A DNA stretch of 64,000 nucleotides from NCBI GenBank assembly GCA_905234625.1, contig CAJOIC010000003.1, positions 24,180-88,179 on the forward strand. The letters run 5' to 3'. The notes below the pieces were generated by a model. The model was not told where the DNA came from, made no database searches, and saw only the letters and a list, made by a program, of their open reading frames with translations. Positions 57,716-64,000 of this stretch are shown piece by piece. Position 1 is the first letter of the stretch. The number at the start of each line of letters is the position of its first letter. The stretch is from an uncultured Oscillospiraceae bacterium. Lineage in GTDB: Bacteria > Bacillota > Clostridia > Oscillospirales > Oscillospiraceae. A program made the translations under genes and the position numbers.

Positions 57716-58735
57716 ATGAAAATAGCCGTCCTCTGCGGAGGCCTGTCGAACGAAAGAGACGTTTCCATCTCCAGCGGTACCGGCATCGCCCGTGCGCTGC
57801 GCCGCCGGGGCCATCGGGTGGCGCTGCTGGATCTCTTCCTGGGGTGCGAGAGCGCCTCGGAGGACCTTTTTACCACGGAAGAGAGGGATAACGCCTTCTC
57901 CGTTGCCGAGGCCGCCCCGGATCTTGACGCGGTGCGCGCCATGCGTCCCGGCCAGGGGCTCGTGGGACCAAACGTCCTGGAGCTCTGCCGGTGCGCGGAT
58001 ATCGCTTTTTTGGCGCTCCATGGGGAAGAAGGAGAGAACGGTAAGCTCCAGGCCCTGCTGGATATCTACGGCATCCGCTATACCGGCAGCGGCTACCTCG
58101 GCAGCGCTCTGGCCATGGACAAGAGTCTGACGAAGACCGTCCTGTCCCAGGCGGGGATCCCTGTGCCAGAGGGCATCACCATACATAAGGGCCGGGAGCC
58201 CTATCCCGACCCCAGCTTCCCCTGCGTGGTGAAGCCGTGCTCCGGCGGCAGCAGCGTCGGGACCACCATCGTCCGCGGCCCGGAGGAGTACGCCGCGGCG
58301 CTGGAGCTTGCCTTCCGGTACGAGGATGCTGTGATCGCCGAGGGCTTCGTGTCCGGCCGGGAGCTGACGGTTGGTGTCCTGGACGGCAAGGCCATGCCTG
58401 TCATCGAGATCATTCCGAAGGACGGATTCTACGACTATAAGAACAAATACCAGCCCGGCCTCACGGTGGAGCTGTGTCCTGCGCCCATCACGCCGGAGGA
58501 GACGGACATGGTCCAGCGTCTGGCGGAGCGAGTGTACGCCGCCCTGCGTCTGGAGGCCTATGGACGGGTGGATATGATCCTGGGGAAGGACGGCGTGTGC
58601 CGCTGCCTGGAGGCGAATACCCTTCCGGGCATGACCCCTACGAGCCTTGTGCCCCAGATGGGCGCTGCTATGGGCCTCGATTACGGCGAGCTGTGCGAGA
58701 AGCTCATCGAGGCCTCCATGAAAAAGTACGCGTGA
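57716..58735 (+). CDS. ddl: D-alanine--D-alanine ligase
   Basis: Starts MKIAVLCGGLSNERDVSISSG. ATP-grasp domain present, with EANTLPGMT. Confidence 0.93.
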   Translation: MKIAVLCGGLSNERDVSISSGTGIARALRRRGHRVALLDLFLGCESASEDLFTTEERDNAFSVAEAAPDLDAVRAMRPGQGLVGPNVLELCRCADIAFLALHGEEGENGKLQALLDIYGIRYTGSGYLGSALAMDKSLTKTVLSQAGIPVPEGITIHKGREPYPDPSFPCVVKPCSGGSSVGTTIVRGPEEYAAALELAFRYEDAVIAEGFVSGRELTVGVLDGKAMPVIEIIPKDGFYDYKNKYQPGLTVELCPAPITPEETDMVQRLAERVYAALRLEAYGRVDMILGKDGVCRCLEANTLPGMTPTSLVPQMGAAMGLDYGELCEKLIEASMKKYA

Positions 58736-58749
58736 CGGAGGAAGCTGCG

Positions 58750-60105
58750 ATGCGACATCTGACACCTGCCGTCCTGCGGGACGTGACCGGCGGAGAGGCG
58801 AAGGGCGAGCTCCCGTCGGAGGAGATCACCGATATCACCACGGACAGCCGCGCCGTCATGCCGGGGGGACTGTTTGCCGCCATCCCCGGCAGTAAGGTGG
58901 ACGGCCACGACTATATCCCCATGGCCGCGGAAAAGGGAGCCTCCTGCGCCCTGTGCCAGCGTTTCGCCGAGGCGGATATCCCGCAGATCATGGTGGACGA
59001 CACGCAGACGGCGCTGCGCCGTATCGCGGCGTTTTACCGATGCCAGTTCGATATCCCCTTCGTGGGGGTGACGGGCTCCGTGGGGAAGACCACCGCCAAG
59101 GAGATGATCGCCTCGGTGCTCTCCCGCCGGTTCAATACTCTCCGGACAGAGGAGAATTTCAATAACGAGCTGGGGGTGCCTCTGACCCTGTTCCGCCTCA
59201 GAGAGGAGCATGAGGCCGCCGTGGTGGAAATGGGCATCTCCGGCTTCGGAGAGATGACGCGTCTGGCGGAGATGGTCCATCCGGATATCGCCGTATTCAC
59301 CCTCATCGGGGACGCCCACCTGGAATTCCTGGGGGACCGGCCCGGCGTTCTGCGGGCCAAAGGGGAGATCGTCTCCGGCATGCGGCAGGACGGGGTCGTT
59401 ATCGCCAACGGAGACGACGAGCTGCTCCGCGCCTACGATTTCGGGCGGCGGACGGTGCTGTTCGGTGTCTCGGAGGGCTGTGATGTCCGCGCTGAAGACA
59501 TCGAAAACGACGGGATCTCCGGGATGAAATGCGTAGTCGCCGCGGGGGAGCGCCGCATCCCCCTGCGCATCCCGGCCTATGGGCAGCACATGGTCTATGC
59601 CGCGCTGATGGGTGCGGCGGTGGGCCTGGAGCTGGGTCTGACGGACGAAGAGATCGCCATGGGCGTCGCGTCTTACGAGACCGTGGGAAGCCGAGGCCGT
59701 GTGATCGAGGCCGGCGGCGTCACCGTCGTGGACGACTGCTATAACGCCAACCCCACCAGCACCGCCGCGGCGCTGGAGAGCCTGGCGGCCCTTCCCGGAC
59801 GGCATGTGGCCATTCTGGGGGACATGCTGGAGCTGGGTGAGAGAGGCGCCGCCCTGCACGAAGAGATCGGCCGTGCCGCCGCGGCTCGGGGCGTTGTCGT
59901 CCTGGCCTGCGGTCCGCTTTCGAAGCATATAGCAGCCGGAGCGGGGGAGGGAGCCCGCTGGTTTACCGATGCGGACGAGCTCATCTCCGCGCTGCCGGAG
60001 GCGATCCTGCCCGGAGACGCGGTCCTGGTGAAGGCCAGTCATGCCATGGGCTTTGACAGGGTGGTGGAGGCCCTGGTAAAGCACGGGACCGAGGGAGATC
60101 GTTAA
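58750..60105 (+). CDS. murF: UDP-N-acetylmuramoyl-tripeptide--D-alanyl-D-alanine ligase
   Basis: Mur ligase with P-loop GVTGSVGKTT and DDCYNANP. GGAGGA lies 7 nt upstream of the ATG at 58750. Confidence 0.92.
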   Translation: MRHLTPAVLRDVTGGEAKGELPSEEITDITTDSRAVMPGGLFAAIPGSKVDGHDYIPMAAEKGASCALCQRFAEADIPQIMVDDTQTALRRIAAFYRCQFDIPFVGVTGSVGKTTAKEMIASVLSRRFNTLRTEENFNNELGVPLTLFRLREEHEAAVVEMGISGFGEMTRLAEMVHPDIAVFTLIGDAHLEFLGDRPGVLRAKGEIVSGMRQDGVVIANGDDELLRAYDFGRRTVLFGVSEGCDVRAEDIENDGISGMKCVVAAGERRIPLRIPAYGQHMVYAALMGAAVGLELGLTDEEIAMGVASYETVGSRGRVIEAGGVTVVDDCYNANPTSTAAALESLAALPGRHVAILGDMLELGERGAALHEEIGRAAAARGVVVLACGPLSKHIAAGAGEGARWFTDADELISALPEAILPGDAVLVKASHAMGFDRVVEALVKHGTEGDR

Positions 60106-60189
60106 AGAATAATTTTTACTTCACAATCGGAGCGTGTTCTGGTACAATAAAAATGTATTTCTGCAAATATTTTTTCTAGGGGGATAGAT

Positions 60190-61044
60190 ATGTTCAAAAT
60201 TGTCAGCAAGCGTCCTCTGAACGAAGCGAAGACCGTCGTGGAATTCGTGATCGAGGCTCCGCTGGTCGCCCGCAAGGCGAGGCCCGGCCAGTTCATCATC
60301 TTCCGGCTGGATGAGTACGGTGAACGCGTTCCGGTGACCATTGCCGCAGCGGACACCGAAAAGGGCACCGTGACCATCATGGTGCAGCCGGTGGGTCAGA
60401 CCACCCGCATGCTGAACCTGCTGGAGGCGGGGGATTCCATCGCGGACTTCGTCGGTCCTCTCGGCCGTCCCACCAACATGGAAGGCCTCAAGCGCGTCTG
60501 CGTGGTCGGCGGCGGCGTTGGCAATGCCATCGCCTATCCCGTGGCCAAGGGCATGCACGACCTGGGCATCGAGGTGGATATGGTGGCCGGCTTCCGTTCC
60601 AAGGACATCGTCATCCTGGAGGATGAGATGCGCGCGGGCGTCACGAACCTCTACATCACCACCGACGACGGTTCCTACGGCGAGGCGGGTTTCAACGTCA
60701 CCAAGATGAAGGCCCTCCTGGATGCGGGCAACCAGTACGACGAGGTCATGTGCGTCGGTCCCACCCGCATGATGCAGCGTGTCTGCGATGCGACCAAGGA
60801 GTACGGCATCAAGACCATCGTCTCCATGAACCCCATCATGCTGGACGGTACCGGCATGTGCGGCGCCTGCCGTCTCACCGTCGGCGGCGAGACCAAGTTC
60901 GCCTGCGTCGACGGCCCTGAGTTCGACGGGCATCTGGTCGACTGGGACGGTATCATCAAGCGGTCCACCTATTATGCGGATGAAGAGAAAGCGGCGATGG
61001 ACCACATCTGCCGCATCACGGGAGGTGTAAGAGAGCATGGCTAA
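60190..61044 (+). CDS. nfnA: sulfide/dihydroorotate dehydrogenase-like FAD/NAD-binding subunit (NfnA-type)
   Basis: 284 aa. Ferredoxin-reductase fold and a C-terminal 2Fe-2S Cys cluster (MCGACRL...FACVDGP). Overlaps the next gene's start by 8 nt. Confidence 0.8.
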   Translation: MFKIVSKRPLNEAKTVVEFVIEAPLVARKARPGQFIIFRLDEYGERVPVTIAAADTEKGTVTIMVQPVGQTTRMLNLLEAGDSIADFVGPLGRPTNMEGLKRVCVVGGGVGNAIAYPVAKGMHDLGIEVDMVAGFRSKDIVILEDEMRAGVTNLYITTDDGSYGEAGFNVTKMKALLDAGNQYDEVMCVGPTRMMQRVCDATKEYGIKTIVSMNPIMLDGTGMCGACRLTVGGETKFACVDGPEFDGHLVDWDGIIKRSTYYADEEKAAMDHICRITGGVREHG

Positions 61045-62442
61045 TATGCGTATGGACAAGAACCCGATGCCCGAGCAGGAGCCTCTCAGGAGCCTCTGGT
61101 TCGCAACAAGAATTTTGACGAGGTCGCTCTCGGCTATACTGACGAGATGGCCATCGACGAGGCCAAGCGCTGCCTCAACTGCAAGCGTCCCGCCTGCATG
61201 GAGGGCTGCCCTGTGGCCGTCCGCATCCCCGAATTCGTCGCCAAGGTCGCCGAGGGCGACTTCGACGAGGCTTACCGCATCATCACCTCCACCAACAGCC
61301 TTCCCGCCATCTGCGGCCGTGTCTGCCCGCAGGAGAACCAGTGCGAGGGCAAGTGCGTCCGCGGCATCAAGGGCGAGCCTGTCGGCATCGGCCGCTTGGA
61401 GCGCTTTGTCGCAGACTACCACATGAACCATGGACATAAGGACGGCGCTCCCGCAGTCCCCGCCGGCAACGGTCATAAGGTCGCTGTCATCGGCTCCGGC
61501 CCGGCCGGCCTGACCTGCGCGGGCGACCTGGCGCGCAAGGGCTATGACGTCACCATCTACGAGGCCTTCCATAAGGCGGGCGGCGTGCTGGTGTACGGCA
61601 TCCCCGAGTTCCGTCTGCCCAAGGCCATCGTGGCCAAGGAGATCGCGAAGCTCGAGCACTTCGGCGTCAAGATCATCACCGACGCCGTCATCGGCCGCGC
61701 GGAGAGCATCGACGAGCTGTTCGAGGAGGGCTTCGAGGCCGTGTTCATCGGCTCCGGCGCCGGTCTGCCCCAGTTCCTGCATATCCCCGGCGAAAACCTT
61801 CTCGGCGTTTTCTCCGCCAACGAGCTGCTGACCCGCTCGAACCTCATGAAGGCATATCTGCCCGAATACGATACCCCCATCCGCATCGGCAAGCGCGTCG
61901 CCGTCGTGGGCGCCGGCAACGTTGCCATGGACGCCGCCCGCACCGCGAAGCGTCTCGGCGCGGACGAGGTCTATATCGTCTACCGCCGCGGCATGGAGGA
62001 GCTTCCCGCCCGTAAGGAGGAGGTCCACCACGCCCAGGAGGAAGAGGTCATCTTCAAGGTCCTCAATAACCCCGTGGAGATCATCGGCGACGAGAACGAC
62101 AAGGTCACCGGCATCAAGGTCGTGAAGATGGAGCTGGGCGAGCCCGACGCTTCCGGCCGCCGCAAGCCCGTTGCCATTGAGGGCAGCGAGTATGTCATCG
62201 ATGTGGATTCCGTCATCATCGCCATCGGCACCAGCCCCAACCCGCTGATCCTGACCACCACCCCCGGTCTGGAAGCGACGAAGAAGGGTGGCATCGTGGC
62301 CAGCGATGAGACCGGCGCCACCTCCCGTCCCGGCGTGTTTGCCGGCGGCGACGCTGTCACCGGCGCCGCTACCGTCATCAAGGCCATGGGCGCGGGCAAG
62401 GTCGCCGCGGCCGGCATCGTTGACTATCTGGCGAACAAGTGA
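61037..62442 (+). pseudogene. nfnB: NADPH-dependent glutamate-synthase small-chain-like oxidoreductase (NfnB/GltD-type), frameshifted by an 11-bp tandem duplication
   Basis: Frame 1 gives MANMRMDKNPMPEQEP, then leaves the family frame and stops at 61426. A second frame carries VRNKNFDEVALGYTDEMAIDEAKRCLNCK... through 62442. Removing one repeat copy gives one 464-aa ORF. Confidence 0.85.
61076..61097 (+). repeat. perfect 11-bp tandem duplication (caggagcctct x2)
   Basis: Read directly: 61076-61086 is identical to 61087-61097. Confidence 0.95.
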
Positions 62443-62459
62443 TCTAAAAGCATCCAAAA

Positions 62460-62485
62460 GACGCGGTATTCTGCCGCGTCTTTTT
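62460..62485 (+). terminator. intrinsic terminator after the nfnAB-like pair
   Basis: Stem gacgcgg / ccgcgtc with loop tattctg, followed by ttttt. Confidence 0.8.
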
Positions 62486-62608
62486 ACATGCATCCCTCCG
62501 GATAAACGGACGATTGTTCTTGCATGTTGACAGTTAGTGTGCTAATATAAAAACGAAAGATTTCGCGTAGTTTACTGCGGAACCAATACTTGAAAGGAAG
62601 TTCTTACC

Positions 62609-62989
62609 ATGGCTAAGTACAGAATCCAGCGCAAGAAGGATACCGAAGGCAGCACCGTTTATACTTACAGCGCTCCGGGTCACTATGACTGCGAGCCTAC
62701 CCGTCTGCACGACATCGACGGCGCCGGCCCCAACGATATCGAAGGCGGCAAGATGATCATGGGCATCACCTACTTCCAGCCCGGCGGACGCACCGACTTC
62801 GGCGCCAACCCCCTGGAATCCATCTACTACATCCTCGAGGGTGAGATGACCCTGAAGACCGAGGATGGCGAGACCGTTCTTAAGGCCGGTGACTCCTATC
62901 ACTGCGCCGGCGGCGTCTCCAAGTCCGTCACCAACACCGGCAGCACCGTCACCCAGATGCTGGTTTGCCTGCTCCCGCCCCAGAAATAA
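62609..62989 (+). CDS. cupin domain protein
   Basis: 126 aa with a beta-barrel signature (ESIYYILEGEMTLKTEDGETVLKAGDSYHC). AAGGAAG precedes the ATG. Confidence 0.75.
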   Translation: MAKYRIQRKKDTEGSTVYTYSAPGHYDCEPTRLHDIDGAGPNDIEGGKMIMGITYFQPGGRTDFGANPLESIYYILEGEMTLKTEDGETVLKAGDSYHCAGGVSKSVTNTGSTVTQMLVCLLPPQK

Positions 62990-64000
62990 TTTTCTCATCG
63001 GATCTTTTTCCGCGCACCGCCGTCTCGCTCGCACGGCATACTTTTATGTGCCTTTGCTCGCTCAGCTTGGCCGCGCGAAAAAATCTCTCGACAACTTCGG
63101 TATGGAAAAGGCCGCATGAATATGCGTACAGTCCGATACCGACAATAAACGACATGATAAGCGCCGGAACGCCGTTTCCGGCGCTTATTGCGTGTCCGGT
63201 GAGCCAGGCGGCGCCTCCCGCAAGCGAGGACCTCGCGAAAGTACCGAGAAGAAACCGCCACCGTATACGCAGGCCGGACACTCTCCGCAGCCGCAGGATG
63301 CTCAGGACGAAGTTGAAGATCTCGGTGAAGCAGATCGTCGCGATATAGGCGGCAAGGCCCCGGCGGGGGAGGAGCAGCCATACCATCAGGGCGGATAGAC
63401 CCGCATCCGCGATATTCACGTACATGCAGAACATCATCTCTCCCAACCCCCGCAGACAGCCGTCCGTCAGCATGTCAAGATACATGACCGGTACGATCAG
63501 CGCGAACAGGCGGATGTAACGTCCGGCGTCGGCGGAGCGGTAGAGGGCTGTCCCCAGGCTGTCGCCCAGGGCGAGAAACAGTGCCGCGCACAAAGCGGAG
63601 AACAGAAAACCGTACCGCAGGATCCGCTCCGCAGTATCCCGTATGTCGGCGTTTTCCTGCCGGACCTGCTGTTCCGTGAGCTTTGGCACGATGAGCTCCG
63701 CCACAGCCAGCATGACGCAGGAGGGAAACAACACCACGGGCAAGGCCATGCCCTGGATGACGCCGTATCCCGCCAGAGCGGCCTCCGCGCCGAGGCCGGA
63801 GGCTCGCAGGCCTACGGGAACGAGAAGATGCTGCAGCGTGGACAGTCCGCTGCGGGCGTAGGAGGCGAACGCCAGCGGCAGCGCGATGGTAAGGGCCCGG
63901 TTCGTCATGCCCGGAAGGGAGGTTTGGCGAACTTTCCGGATGATGCCGTGTCTTCGCCGATCAAAAAAGCACACGATGCCCATGACCGCCGCCTCCGCGC
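62949..64000 (-). CDS. MOP-superfamily flippase (SpoVB/MurJ/Wzx-like), 3' part; the gene continues past the window edge
   Basis: Multi-pass membrane protein. The reading frame stays open to position 64000. Its C-terminal tail overlaps the cupin gene by 41 nt. Confidence 0.7.
   Translation of the reverse strand, partial: AEAAVMGIVCFFDRRRHGIIRKVRQTSLPGMTNRALTIALPLAFASYARSGLSTLQHLLVPVGLRASGLGAEAALAGYGVIQGMALPVVLFPSCVMLAVAELIVPKLTEQQVRQENADIRDTAERILRYGFLFSALCAALFLALGDSLGTALYRSADAGRYIRLFALIVPVMYLDMLTDGCLRGLGEMMFCMYVNIADAGLSALMVWLLLPRRGLAAYIATICFTEIFNFVLSILRLRRVSGLRIRWRFLLGTFARSSLAGGAAWLTGHAISAGNGVPALIMSFIVGIGLYAYSCGLFHTEVVERFFRAAKLSEQRHIKVCRASETAVRGKRSDEKIISGAGAGKPASG

Overview
High-GC (about 60%) Clostridia-type chromosome, probably Oscillospiraceae/Ruminococcaceae-like judging from protein sequences. 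Nearly all of it is densely packed core housekeeping genes. In order:
- the conserved xseA-xseB-ispA-dxs-tlyA-nadK-argR-recN block, then tyrS
- a liv-type branched-chain amino-acid ABC operon
- a divergent OmpR-type response regulator and sensor kinase pair
- a polar amino-acid ABC operon
- trmL and the glycolytic block pgk-tpiA-gpmI-eno
- an M23 peptidase, a CotF-like pair, a FAH-family hydrolase and a LysR regulator
- a tRNA-Met/Val/Glu cluster
- a 918-aa secreted repeat protein and a small secreted partner, divergently transcribed
- a zinc-ribbon/J-domain membrane pair, then telA
- rpe-recR, RNase J, secG
- a ribose-type sugar ABC operon
- an FMN riboswitch with ribU
- dapA-asd
- an SLH/SpoIID wall protein, then queA-tgt-yajC
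- xerD, an orphan EctB-like aminotransferase, a DEDDh exonuclease
- ddl-murF, an NfnAB-like pair, a cupin, and a partial MOP-family flippase.

I found no CRISPR array, transposase, phage module, toxin-antitoxin pair or recognisable defence island, so I cannot point to a clear novel multi-gene system.

The observations most worth a second look:
1. A perfect 11-bp tandem duplication frameshifts the NfnB/GltD-like gene.
2. The enolase gene lacks the universally conserved GETED segment through an in-frame 24-nt gap.
3. The uncharacterised secreted protein carries two 69-aa Trp-rich C-terminal repeats. It shares linker and stalk modules with its divergent neighbour.
4. A 6-3-6 palindrome, RTTACA-N3-TGTAAY, recurs in AT-rich intergenic regions.
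5. A hairpin after yajC sequesters the ribosome-binding site of the next gene.

All functional calls come from reading the supplied translations against family knowledge from memory. No database search was run.
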